A stretch of DNA of 64,000 nucleotides from contig OX597818.1 in NCBI GenBank assembly GCA_951406725.2, forward strand, positions 105,710,001 through 105,774,000, given 5' to 3'. The translations under genes and the position numbers were made by a program. Positions within the stretch are counted from its first letter, which is position 1. Every line of letters starts with the position of its first letter. The notes beneath the pieces were generated by a model. It made no database searches. It saw nothing but the letters and a program-made list of their open reading frames with translations, and was not told the origin of the DNA. This document shows positions 25,751 to 38,607 of this stretch, one piece after another. The stretch comes from Octopus vulgaris. Taxonomy: Eukaryota.

Positions 25751-26766
25751 TAAGAAAAATTAAAGATAACTGTAAAGAAGTGATGTCCATTATTATTCAC
25801 TTCAATGTCAGTTTGCTCTGTATGACAATCATATTCTTTAACAATTCCATGTGAGTTACAGCTGCTTCACCAGATGCACCTCTGTCATTGGCAGATGTGT
25901 GCAGCATTATCTGTTGGTTGTGTGAAATTGTGTTTGGATGCTCCATTGATTTCTCTTTGTTGCCGATTTTTGCTTTTTTCTTTTTCTTTTTTTTTTGTTG
26001 TCTTTTCTAGTTTTACTATATTTTTTAATGTTTCACCTATTTATTGTGTAGAATATGTGCAAGGAGAGTTGTGCTTCTTTGTTGGCTGATGTTTGTGTTT
26101 CACATGTGTTGTGTGATGTTATTGAATGAATGGAGCTTTTTGTGGAAAGTAAAGATGAAAGATGATATTATCATTAAGAGATGCAGCACGAAGTTTTGTC
26201 AGTGAATAGGTCGCGGTCTCAAAGCGACGAAAATATTTTGACAAATTAAATTTAAATGTTGAAGTGAATCTAACGGTTTTTGTGTTTCTTAAATGGCTTA
26301 CAAACACCTTCCACACTGTGATATTAATATTGTTGTCATTAAAGTAGCGAGAAGGCAAAATCATTTGCACATCAAACAAAATGCTTGGCAGCGTTCGTTC
26401 CAACTCTTTACGTTCTGAGTTCAAATTCCATCAAAGTTGACTTTACTTTTCCATCCTTTCAATGTAAATAAAATAAAATACCAATCAAGTACTGGGTTAA
26501 TGCAATCAACTTATCCTACACCTAAAATTGCTAGCCTTATGTCAAAATTTGAAAGAATAATTATCATTGTTGTTGTTATTGTTACTACTACTACTACTAT
26601 TTTCTGAGTTCAAATCTTGCATTCGTCAACTTTACCTTTCATCCTCTTAGGTCTGATAAAACAGAGTAGTTGAAGACTGGGGTCAATATAGTTGACTTAC
26701 CCTCCTTACCTCCAAATTGTTAGCTTTATGCCTAAATCAAAAACAGAATTATTATCATCATCATCA

Positions 26767-26806
<40 letters not shown>

Positions 26807-26885
26807 CTGGTTAATTCTGTGAGAGCAGACAGCATCCTGTTGTCAAAGATCTTACAGGGTCTTTTCCCACAAATTATTATTATTA

Positions 26886-27263
26886 TTACCTCTGCCTTAG
26901 CAAAGGCGGAGGTATTGTTTTCAGTCATGTTTGTTTGTTTGCTTGTTAGTTTGTCCGTGGACAAGATATCTCAAGAATTGCTGGACGGATTCGGATGAAA
27001 CTTTCAGGGATGTTTGTCCTTGTGACTGGCACAAACTGATTAGATTTTTGGGATTGATCCGGTACCGGACAAGCGTTCTGGATTATTTTTCCTGTTTTTT
27101 TTTTTTATTTTTGAGAGCAGTCGAGTTCATTTTCAGTATTCTTGTTTGTGAGAGCAGTTGAGTATATATCAGATATTCTCATTTTAAAAATCATCTCTGG
27201 CTAATTGTTGAGAGGATGTTGGTGTTGCCTTGGCAGAAGTTTGCGCTCTCTGAGTGCTCTTGT
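26886..27263 (+). mobile_element. Helentron-associated non-autonomous element (HINE/DINE-1-like)
   Basis: 5' palindrome tacctctgcc..ggcggaggta, (GTTT)n tract, subterminal ggcagaagt repeat and 3' stem-loop gcgctctctgagtgc. Confidence 0.75.
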
Positions 27264-27593
27264 ATTTATTATCATCATCATCATCATCATAATTATTGTT
27301 TTCAATATTGTTAGTTGCTTTGTTTTGTATGAGCTGTTCCAAGTCTTTTCAGAGATGTCAATGAACAGTAAGTTGGACCTTTTACTATGGGTGTTATTTA
27401 TGAGTAGCAATGATATATTGCAAGGAAAGGAGACCAAATACTGAGAATTAAGATTTCATCAAAAGTTTGTTGTAATATTTGTAGCAATATGGGTGATTTT
27501 AAAAGATTTTAAAAGATTCAGATATTTCAAGTTGACAGTGGTTTCCTTTGGACATGAGCTGTACCTATGTGAACACTATATTGTGGTTCTGAT

Positions 27594-30500
27594 TAGGCCT
27601 TAAAACTGGTTTTATAAAACTGGTTAAAACCGGTTTTATATTATGATCAGTAAAACCGAAACGGATTTGCCAAAACCGATTTTAATGCTTGTTGTTTCTT
27701 TTTTTTTTTTCGCAAAACATTTCTCCATTTTTTTCTTTTGAAGAAACATCGTTGAAACTGAACTAACTGAACTGTTGTCAGTCGCCTTTAGTTGAGAGTG
27801 CTGTCTGTTTCATTGAAACATATCGCAACATATCAATTCTCACCTTCTCTCCTCTTGAATCTTAGATCAGCACCTTGTCATTTCCTTCACTAACACCTGG
27901 CTGACTCTTTGAATTTGGAAGTAACAGAGTTTATTCATAGCAAGTCAAGGGGATGCTGTTAGTCTTCAGTCAGGTGATCTTTCATGTTAAGCATATGTAA
28001 TAACCAGTTCCAGATTCATTTCAAGGAAGTAACACTAACTAAATTTTTCTTAATTATTTTCATTAGCCCTAACATGATAAAAAGAAAATCAACTGTTTGG
28101 AATTTTTTCGATAGGAAAAACAAAGATGAAGCTCAATGCAATAAGTGTGATAAGATCACGAAGTCTTCTGGAGGATCTACTATGTCTCTGATCTTGCACT
28201 TGAAGAAAATTCATCAAATCGACATAAATCAAGATGCAAACCAGCCTCCTGTGAAAATGACAAGAACAATGGAACACTTTTTAACAAAGAAATCAATGGA
28301 AGAAGTTTCAAAATTAGCTGCTATGGATGGATTCTCTTTCAATTCAATTGCCAAAAGCGATTTTATACAGAGAAATCATCATAGTCAGAGAGGCAAATAT
28401 GATAAATTACAACCACCATCTGCAAACGGAGTCAGGAATATGGTAATGAATTATTACATAACCAAGAAAGAAGAACTTATTCATTATTTCGAGAAAGAAG
28501 TAGCGCTGGGGATTCGCTACTCATTGACATTGGATGAATACACATAAATTCAAAATAAACGATATATGAACATAAATATTCATGGGAAAGACAATAATTG
28601 GTCGTTGGGTCTTATTGAGATCCATGGCTCCCTTAATAGCAAGAGAACAGAGCAATTTGTGAGAGGACATCTTCGTGAATTTGGATTGAATTTGGATATA
28701 CACATTGTTGGCTGTACGACAGATGGTGCTTCTCTGATGGTGAAATTCAGAAAAGAAATAAGACCTGATCACCAACAATGTCTCACACATTGCATACATC
28801 TGTCTGTGAGTAACATTCTCTATCAAAAATATATTGAAAATATTGCCTCAACCGATGAGACTGATAAAAAAGTGAAGAGATCGCTATAACAGATGATAGT
28901 GATGATGAAGCTGACATAAGCCAACAAGACATGCTTTTTTAAACAGACTTGGCTCACGAAAATGCTTGTTTTCCTCAGCTAAAACCTGAATTTAATAAAG
29001 TATTAAATAAGGTAAGAAAAATTTCAAAACTTTTCCGTAAATCTCCTACCAAAAATGAAATTTTGCAAGATTTTGTACGAGCGAACTTTGATAACAGAGA
29101 ATATAAACTTATGCTGGATTGCAGAACTAGGTGGAATAGCACATTCCATATGATTGAGAGATTTTTGAAATTGAAAAGCTGCATTCCAAATGCTCTATGA
29201 GCAGTACTTTTCACAGATGCCATAGCTGATGAAGAATGGAAATCTCTCGATTTACTATATGAAATTCTGCATCCAGTAGAATTTATTTTGAAGGCTATTT
29301 GCACTGATGATACGGATTTACTGAAAGCGGAATATTCTATAGATTTTTTATTGAATAAACTTAATAGCGTTGGCAACCCTTTGGCTCTAGATTTTCATGA
29401 AAAACTTATGCATAGATATAATAAGAGAAATGTCAAAACCTTGACTCTCTTGAGGTATTTACATAAGCTAAGGAAGTTTAATGGTGAATCAATCTGTGGA
29501 CCTTTTCTTTCTTAATGAAACAACATTTAAGGAAGTATGCTAAACAAACTTGTAGGAGATTATTTCCTGAACATGATGCTGAGAACACAACAGAATTATA
29601 CGAAGAAAATTAAATAGGAGGGAACCTAAAAACAAGTGTTACTGTTGTTCCATCTACTTACGAAGGTAATGAACTTGTAGCGTACCCTTAGTGAAATTCA
29701 TCCTCTCTGACATATATAACATAAATACAGATGTAGCAGATAACAGCTAACCTTCGGCCGCTTGAGTGTTGTTGTGTCCACTACCCTGATTGGTTGGTTT
29801 TGGCGTGATTTGTTTCTTGCTGTATTACACGCCACTGTGCAACCCAACCAATTGCAACCTTCTGATAAGGTCCCAAGACACAGTCTTCTAAATTCTCTGC
29901 TGGAGCCTATAATTTGCTGTAAAAGCTTCAGTGATTCACCCTATCTTGTCTTTGGCTCTAGGCCTTCTAAGGTCTAGTCACTGATCACAGAGCGACTCAG
30001 CCAGTTCCAACGGCAGCCTGTTCCAGCGTCAGACAGCAACAGACAACACTAGCAGTATTTCAGGACCTCCATCTCCGTCGTCTTTACCTTAATGTCACCT
30101 CCACCACCATCGCTTCAGCTTATCGATGCCAACAACTTCTCGCACATACACAGCCATTCGCTTAGGTTTAACTTCTTGCTTTTTGTGAATACTTCACCAT
30201 GGTTAACAGCAAGCTCAACCTGCGAGAATTTCCTGTATCAAGTAACCCGGCACAGCATAGTATGACACGTGTAGTAACTGGTTCTGCTATGTGACCTCAA
30301 CCTCTTGTACAGAACTCCAACTATTGTGTATCTTACTATGAACTGGTATCTATCTTCATCTTGTGTCTGAACATTCATCTAGCATCCTATTGTAACCACT
30401 TTCTATGCTCTATATTTTATCTCACACTTCATTGTGTCTGAACTTCTAACGTCCTGTTATAGACTTTCTATGCTCTGTATTTTATCTCACATGCATACAC

Positions 30501-31402
30501 CCTTGTTTGTACACACCTACACATTATGTATGCTTGACGGCCTGTCTATTATTATTGTTCTTATGTACTTATGACACACTCACATGTACACACACTCTGC
30601 TACCCACATGATAACATCTAAATAGAACCTTTCTCTTAAACATTCTCCGGTTGTGTCGTCTTCTTATTCCTTTCTAGCACTCTTATTCATTTATCCATAT
30701 TTTGGCTTTTATTGTAAGGTGACTGTGTGGTGTTTAAAGGAGTCATTCATTCGTTACCTCTCCTTTTCACACAGTTGTTCTACAAATTCATGCGTGAATA
30801 CACAAGCGCAATGAAGAAAATGAATGAAAAGCCCAACATAGTAATAGATGGATTTGAAATCTCTAAAGAATTTGAATATTTTGAAGCAACTTCGAACAGA
30901 AGTGAAAAGCTCAAGAAACTTTATAGAGCATTGCTTATAACTAAAGCAACTAGAGTCCAGTCGGAAAGAGCTTTTTCAATTACTGGACTTTTCAATACAA
31001 AAACTAGGATGAGTTTGTCAGGTAAAACACTGAATGCATTGTGTTTTTTAAAAGATTATTTTTGAAGGAAAGTGAATCATCAAGCAAGTCAAGAAACTTG
31101 ATTGATTCTCAAAAATACGACTTGGAAAAACGTTGCATTCCTGATTAAATAAATATAATACCATTATTTTTTGTTATTGTTTGTACATAGATACAGATAC
31201 AGGCACCATCAATATATTTGTGGATATCAGTCAACCTGTTACTATCTCTCTTTCTCTGTGTATGTATATAAACAAAATACAATATACGACAAACTTCTTC
31301 GTTACAGGGACACCGCTCTAACTCCACAAAAAACGGTTTTTAACCAGCTTTGAGAATTATTTATACTTGTTTTTGGGAATTATCGTTTTTTTGTGTGCCC
31401 TA
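27594..31402 (+). mobile_element. hAT (Ac/hobo-like) DNA transposon with decayed transposase
   Basis: Perfect 8-bp TSD GTTCTGAT (27586-27593, 31403-31410); TAGG/CCTA termini; AAACCGG/AAACTGG subterminal repeats; BED finger (VWNFF..C..C..HLKKIH), LDEYT, TTDGA, CxxH, TRWNST and SERAFS; several stops and frameshifts. Confidence 0.95.
29676..30784. mobile_element. Solo LTR inserted in the hAT transposase
   Basis: TGTAG...CTACA termini; near-identical 4-bp TSD AACT/AATT; removal rejoins the transposase frame as EGNE-FMREY. Confidence 0.85.
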
Positions 31403-32299
31403 GTTCTGATACATTTGGGTTTCCTGATATATGACCATAATATTTAAGAGTACCATTTGGTATCATCTCCCAAAACTCTAAAGTTCATAGGTACAGTAAT
31501 TGTTCTTAGATGCTACATTCCCAACACCTCTGTTTCAAAGGTTTTGCATTTGCTCAAATTTTCAAATATTTTCACAGAAGTGTCACAGAATGCTGGGATT
31601 AACATGTCTATGAGCACATTTTATCAATGTGATTTTTCACTCCAGCATCTAGTCTACTGGCTTGAATAACACAATCAGTTTGAATTCTAAAGTCCTAAAG
31701 AATGGTGATATCTTATTTTCTACCACTTTGGTATGTTTATATTCCCACTATTTCTTCTCGTTGTTATTATTATTTATGTTCTGAGTTCAAATTCTGTGAA
31801 AGTTGACTTTGCTATTCATTCTTTTGGGGGTTGGACCTATAGTAGAAAAGGTCATCATCACTGTCATCATCTTCATCATCGTTATCATCATCGTTGTCAC
31901 CATCATCATTGTTATCATCATTATCAATATCATTACCACCACCATCACAACCACCACCACACCATCATCATCATTATAATCACTGTCGTCGTTGTCATCG
32001 TCTCATCACTATTACAACGTAGACTGGATGGTTATAGCTGGAATGTCTTTAATCACAGCTCTGTTTGATCAGAGCTGACTTGAAGCTCAGCAACAACAAC
32101 AACAGCAGTAAATCAAGATTGCAATGCCTAGTGTTTGTAGTAATTCTAAGGGTTTTAGCTACGTGTTATTATTGCATAGGGAGAGTGGAATGCAAGGCTG
32201 TTTCTTTATTATGAAATAATTGTCTTCTGTACAGTTGAAGCTTGTCATGTCTCCATCAGGCGTTTTTGAGGGTTCTGATCACGTAAGCAGTGTGTGTGT

Positions 32300-32365
<66 letters not shown>

Positions 32366-33380
32366 AAAGGTTGCTTTGTGTTGCTTTTTGCTGTCATTCT
32401 GCCTGATATTGCCTCTGCCAATACAAAAATTCCAATTTTGAAGTATTCCTATTTATATTATAGCCTCTACTTGTGACCTTGCAAGAACCTTTTGTTGAGT
32501 TATGTTCCAGACACCAGCTTAATAAAAGTTTCTAACATGGGCACAAGGCCACAGATTTTAAAGGAGAAGTCCTGATGATTATGCTTTGACCCCATCACTT
32601 GACTAGTACTTTATTTTATCAGCCAAAGCCAAAGGTAAAGCTGACTTAACTGTTATTTAATCTCAGAATGTAAAGAGCTAGTAAAAATACCACTAGTCAT
32701 TTTTCTATTGCTCCAGTAATCCTGTAGCATAGATGTTTCCTTAACTATTTATCATTAATTATTGATAGTAATTTAAATGGATTGATATCCACAAGCAGTA
32801 TATATTATTAGAAATATGTCCACAAAATAGGTTAAAAACAGATTTTATTTGATAGATCTAGAAGCAGTCTTGGATGGACTGGTTTCAAAAGCTTTAGGTT
32901 GAATGCAGTTGAGTGGTTTTCAAAAGCAAAGACATATATCTCAATAGTAGTAGTATCTCAAAAGATCTATAACATCCTTACTAGTCAGCTATAGCTTAGT
33001 GTCCTAGTTACAGGATACTTTTGAATTACATCTTATCAGAGTTATTTTAGGTTAGTATGATTGGGATGGTTCCTTTTCATAGCTAGTTTTCCTTTAAGAA
33101 GTTAACCTAATTCTATTGAGATAGATATAAAGAAGATCTGCCAGTGATGCATTTAAAATATTGTATAGAAGGATCAACTAATGAAAAATTGGTAATTTTC
33201 TTTTAACTTATTACCTTAGTTTTAGGAAAGGAGATAGAACTCAAAGCCTTTTCAGGATTTTCTAAACTGGTGTAGAAAAGGAAGTGCTTATGTTTGGTTT
33301 TAGCCATGATGGCTAAGACAAACTAAAGAGCAAAAGAACTTGTGTAAGGTGAATATGGTTGATATTTGATATTAACTCTT

Positions 33381-33670
33381 AAAGATTAATGGCCAAAATT
33401 TTAATTAATAGCTAAGATAAGTAATAATGGCCAGGGTAAAGATTAATGGCCATGATAAAATTTAATAACCAAGATAAAGATTAATAGCTCAAGGAAAAGA
33501 TTAATGGCCAAGGGAAAGATTAATAGCCAAAGTGAAAGAGTAATAGCCAATGGAAAATATTAATGGCTGAGAGAAAAGATTAATGGCCAGGGGTAAAGAT
33601 TAATGGTAAACAAAAAAGATTAATGACCAAGAGAAAAGATTAATGTTAAACAATAAAGATTAATAGCCAC
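33381..33670. repeat. Minisatellite, ~15 copies of a 19-20-bp unit (consensus ~AAAGATTAATGGCCAAGGGA)
   Basis: Direct reading of recurring aaagattaat(g/a)gcc. Confidence 0.85.
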
Positions 33671-33924
33671 TGAGAAGTATAATCAGAGGAGGAAGTCACA
33701 CAGGTTTGCATATCTAGGAAAGAGATATGTAAGAGATATGAAAGAAATGGGAAGTATGTTTAACAATACATGACAGAGTGATGTAAAGAAAAGAAAGTGA
33801 AGTGCAATAATTGGGCCTAGTTTGGAGAAGTGTGGATACCACTGAAAAATTCAGAAAAAAAAAGAGAGAAAAGATCAGCCTAACTGCAAAGAGAGGTCAC
33901 AGCTTGATAAAAGTGATAAAATTT

Positions 33925-34128
33925 GGTTTCAAATTTTGACAAAAGGCCAGCAATTTCAGGGTAGAGGTACATTGACCCCAGTGCTCAAATGGTATTTATT
34001 TTATCAACCACCAAAGGATGAAAGGCAATGACCACCTTGGTGGAATTTGAACTCAGAAAGTAAAGACAAACGAAATGCCACTAAGCATTTTGCCTGGCAT
34101 GCTAACGGTTCTGCCAGCATGCCACCTT
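33925..34128 (-). mobile_element. SINE family B
   Basis: Colinear with 24340-24509. Confidence 0.8.
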
Positions 34129-34228
34129 AAAAAATTATAAAATATTGATGAGTAATTTGATATGCCCTTATGCGTCTTTGTTATTCAAATACATGTCGTT
34201 AGATAAAGTTGTTTCTCTTTTGGGTTCA

Positions 34229-34305
<77 letters not shown>

Positions 34306-34974
34306 ATGTGTATTTGTGCTTGTCTGTACCTTTGGACAACCAGTACTTCAGCAAAAATAAAACTGACCCCAGTACTTGCTTAATAGTAAGTACTGAGGTC
34401 AATTTGATTGACTAATCCCAGCATGGTCACAACCTAGTGACTGAACCAGTAAAAGAGCAGTAATGTGTTTCCTTAGAAATATGATTGTGAAAAAGGTAAG
34501 CTATGCCCATTCAATCAATTTTCTAGAATCATGTATCAACCCGTTCAATATTTCCAATGTTGAGGTTGGACAGTAACTTGGTTGCTATTTCAAAATAGTT
34601 GATTCTCTTTTACTAGTTTGTCAGTGTTTATGTATAAAATTTTAATGCTTATTTTTGCTTGGGTTTGATTATTAAATACAACTTCCCCATATCGCATATA
34701 AAGTGTGTATGTTTTGAAATTGGAAGCTATTTCAAATAAAAGTGATGAAGTGTTTAACTGAATGCAATCTTTCAACAGTTAATGCCGCAGCTGAAACCAG
34801 ACAAGTTTTGTGTGGGATGCATCAACACACTTGCTAATGAGATGTGAGGGAATTGGCCTGCTTTTGAAGCTGCCCTGCATTTCCTTGCTTTCCATTTCCT
34901 CAGACATATATATGTCTGAGACTCATTGCAATGCTTTGACCTATTTTGAAGATCTACCAATAAGTCTATGGGAT

Positions 34975-35179
34975 GATGGCGGTTGTAATGGAAGTAGTTG
35001 CGGCAATAGCAGCAGCAGCAGCTGTGACAGCAGTAGCAGTTGCAGCAGCAGCAGTGGTGCTAGTGGTCAAAATAATAGTAGTAGCAGTGGCAGCAGCAGT
35101 GGTAGCAGCAGCAGTAGTGCTAGAGGTCATGATAATAGTAGTAGTAGGGACTGGCAGCAGTGGCAGCAGCAGCAGTAGC

Positions 35180-35213
<34 letters not shown>

Positions 35214-35327
35214 GGTGGTGGTGGTGGTGGTGGTGGTGGTGGTGGTGGTGGTGGTGGTAGTAGTAGTTGTTGTAGTAGTAGTAGTAGTGGTGGTGGTGGT
35301 GGTGGTGGTGGTGGTGGTGGTGGTGGT
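34975..35327. repeat. Compound trinucleotide tract (CAG/TAG/TGG)n
   Basis: Direct reading. Confidence 0.9.
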
Positions 35328-35590
35328 AAGACACACTTGATACTATTTACATAGAAATGCAATTAAGTTCCTGACAATTCTCTGTAAAATTTATTTATTT
35401 ATCATACATTCAGCTTTAAACAGCCTGCCTCTCTTTGCTATTTTCTTCTCCATCCTTTCCTCTTCCTCCTTATTTCTCCCTAACCCTCTCTCTGACTCTG
35501 TCTTTTTATATAGAGGTTGTGTGTGTGTGTGTGTGTTCACATGCAAGCAATCATGTTCCATAAGTAAGATATTATTTAAACTTTAATATA

Positions 35591-35985
35591 GGCCCAGGAG
35601 TGGCTGTGTGGTAAGTAGCTTGCTTACCAACCAAATTGTTCCAGGTTCAGTCCCACTGCGTGGCACCTTAAGCAAGTGTCTTCTACAATAGCCTCAGGCC
35701 GATCAAAGACTTGTGAGTGGATTTGGTAGACAGAAATTGAAAGAAGCCTGTCATATATATATATATTGTGTGTGTATGTGTTTGTGTGCCTGTGTTTTTG
35801 TCCCTCCACCATCACTTGACTACTGATGTTGGTGTGTTTATGTCCCCATAACTTAGCGGTTCGACAAAAGAATTGATAGAATGAGTACTAGACTTACAAA
35901 GAATAAGTCCTGAGGTCAATTTGCTCAACTAAAGGTAGTGCTCCAGTATGGCTGCAGTCAAATGACTGAAACAAATAAAAGAAAG
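35591..35985 (+). mobile_element. SINE family A, full length
   Basis: ggcccaggagtggctgtgtggtaag (A box), ggttcagtccc (B box), internal microsatellite, cagtcaaatgactgaaacaa tail. Confidence 0.9.
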
Positions 35986-36609
35986 AGAAAATAATATTAA
36001 ATATTTTATAAGGTCTCAAAGAACTTCTGTGTGTACATGTGTAAGTATGGCTGTGAATATGTGTGAACAGATATACGTGTGTGTGTATATACATGTACAT
36101 TTATATATATATCATTATCATCATCATCATCATCATTTAGCGTCCGCTTTCCATGCTGGCATGGGTTGGACGGTTCAACTGGGGTCTGGGAAGCCAGAAG
36201 GCTGCACCAGGCCCAGTCTAATCTGGCAATGTTTCTACGGCTGGATGCCCTTCCTAACGCCAACCACTCCATGAATGTAGTGGGTGGTTTTTACATGCCA
36301 CCGGCACAAGTGCCATTTTTATATTTTTTTATCCTTCGTCCTGAATTCTCGCCCCTCCATCTTTATCCCTATTTACTCTTATTACCAGGTTCCTTCACGT
36401 CTGTCTGTATTTATATATGTATATATTTATTTATTCACTTATTTATATTACCTCAAAATCCAAGCTTCCTCATTCTACATTGAGAGAAAGACGGGATGGA
36501 CGCTTCATTTTTGTGCTGGTGCCGCATTATGTCGTACACGAATGAGAGGATTTGCATCCCCAACGTAGAATTTTTGATGTAATACATGTCCTTGAGGTAG
36601 TAATTGTGC

Positions 36610-36687
36610 GCGGCTGAAGAAGGCCATAGACACACATTATGCATTGTTATAAATCCATCTAATAAAGGCCCGAAACATATGTACTGC
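36610..36687 (+). ncRNA. Type I minimal hammerhead ribozyme motif
   Basis: gcgg-CTGAAGA-a-GGCC-(41 nt)-GGCC-c-GAAA-CATATG-TA-ctgc; stem I gcgg/ctgc, palindromic stem III ACATATGT, GUA cleavage triplet. Confidence 0.75.
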
Positions 36688-37249
36688 TAAATCCTTGGCA
36701 TCATGTTTTTATTTTGATTAATTTACTCCACCACCTACACCACCAAACGGTATATACAGGTGCTTACAATTATCAAGTACTCACCCTGAATTTCTATATA
36801 TATATATATACATATATATATATGTGCTCTAATTTTTACTTTGTAAATTATTATAGTTTATCATTTGTAAATTTTTTTCTCCGTTGATTTCGTTTATATA
36901 TCTTTTTGCATTTTGTCATTCATTTGCTTTTGTTTACGTCCACTTTTAACTATAGTTTTTATTCGAATATATATTTCTTTGTCATTGTTCTCATTATTAT
37001 ATCATCAATAGTATATATTTTAAGTTTCATTCCTACATTTTATTAATTTATACGCATGTTTATAGGCATAAGTCACATTTGAATTTAGTTTTGTAATTTT
37101 TTTTTTTTAATCAATTAAATTATGGCTTGCACAGCAAGGTTCAGTGAATTTATTTGCACATATGCATATTTGTCTGTTAATTACATTTGTAGCTGTTAAA
37201 ATATTAAAATATAGAAATTGGTATTGAATTATAATAAAGTTATTAAGAG

Positions 37250-37341
37250 GCCTGACGATTGGGGTTGCGTTTAAGAAATGTTCCTGTAAAAGACTGCGTG
37301 TTTAAGGAACGGTAAAACGAACCTCAAGAAACATGTGTAGC
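37250..37341 (+). ncRNA. Type I hammerhead motif with long structured stem II
   Basis: gc-CTGACGA-TTGGGGTT...AACCTCAA-GAAA-CATGTG-TA-gc; extra pairings cgttt/aaacg and gttcct/aggaac; stem I only 2 bp. Confidence 0.7.
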
Positions 37342-37445
37342 AGAGAAATTTAGAAATGATTAGTAAGAATTAAAATAAAATTCTATTATATGGTGTGATG
37401 TATATTAGGATTTGATGTTTTGCATGGAGACTTCTATCTCTAAAT

Positions 37446-37491
<46 letters not shown>

Positions 37492-37590
37492 GTAGGGTTG
37501 GTGAAAGGAAGGGCTCCTAGCCAGCAAATTCCTAGCCAGCAAATTCTGTCCAACCTATGAAAAAGTGGATGTAAAATGATGATATATATA

Positions 37591-37627
<37 letters not shown>

Positions 37628-37655
37628 TATCTTCATATATATATATATATATATA

Positions 37656-38600
37656 TGCCATCTTCAGCTGCACAAATATATAAATAGAATTTTAACCAGT
37701 TGGGCACATTAATATAATTTTTCTCAAATATTCTAACAGAGCAAGAAAATGGAAGAAATTCATGTTGTTGCTATTGTAGCTTAAAATTAATATATAGATA
37801 ACATGTTTATCTTTCCTGTTATTCCATAAGTATATGCCCTGAGCAGTCTTTATAGAAATCACCTAAAAAGTACAGGAATGAATATTAAACTGGTTCTATG
37901 TAATCTTTCCTTTTTAATGTTTATAATTGATATATACACACATTTTGCCTATTTTGGTTATGATATTATTTTTGAAAATCTAAAATTTTATTTTTTATTC
38001 AGCATAACAATATTGTTTATAAACAATCACCCATAGTGCCACAAAATAAAATTTCCTCTGTATTAACATTTTAGGTTTCTTAGTGTCTTGCCCCTTTAAC
38101 TGGTAATTAACATCATGATTTAAAGTCTTCCCCTACCCAGCCTCTTTTTATAGACAGTTACTTCATATCCAATGAATATCTTCTTCCCTCCCTGAGGGAA
38201 AGGGATACATATGACAATATTTATGACTATACCTAGCCATGAGCAGTCAACCCACTCTTCTCCTTCATTCAAAAAAGATACAGTCTTCTAGTCTTAGATT
38301 TAGTAGTTGAGAAAGAAATAAATGAATTAGAAATGAATCACAATCCTTTACAACACTATCACCCCAATAAGCATCATGCGATTCTTGGAGGTGTAGTCTA
38401 TTCTTAGCTCAATAGCAACAACATGAATTTCTTCCATCTTCTTGCTCTGTTAAAATATTTGAGAAAAATTATATTAATGTGTCCGACTGTTTAAAATTCT
38501 ATTTATTTATTTGTGCAGCTGAAGATGGCATTGCATTTAAATGGAGCTGCTTGAAACAGTTGTACTGCATCACTAGTTGATATCCTGTTGCTTATTTTGA
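37656..38600 (+). mobile_element. Putative PLE pseudo-LTR with inverted partial copy at its 5' side
   Basis: 37656-37790 is the reverse complement of ~38400-38530; (TA)n on both sides; carries a hammerhead; paralog at 1493-2130. Confidence 0.7.
38514..38569 (+). ncRNA. Type I hammerhead ribozyme motif
   Basis: tgcag-CTGAAGA-t-GGCA...TGCT-t-GAAA-CAGTTG-TA-ctgca; perfect 5-bp stem I, GUA triplet. Confidence 0.78.
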
Positions 38601-38607
38601 TTATATA

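Noticed and set aside
27984-29515. Possible domesticated ZBED-type host gene
   Set aside because: In-frame stops, frameshifts, intact TSD and termini and an LTR insertion indicate a dead transposon
34810-35362. Poly-Ser/Gly/Pro/Thr ORFs
   Set aside because: Compound trinucleotide microsatellite without splice signals or homology
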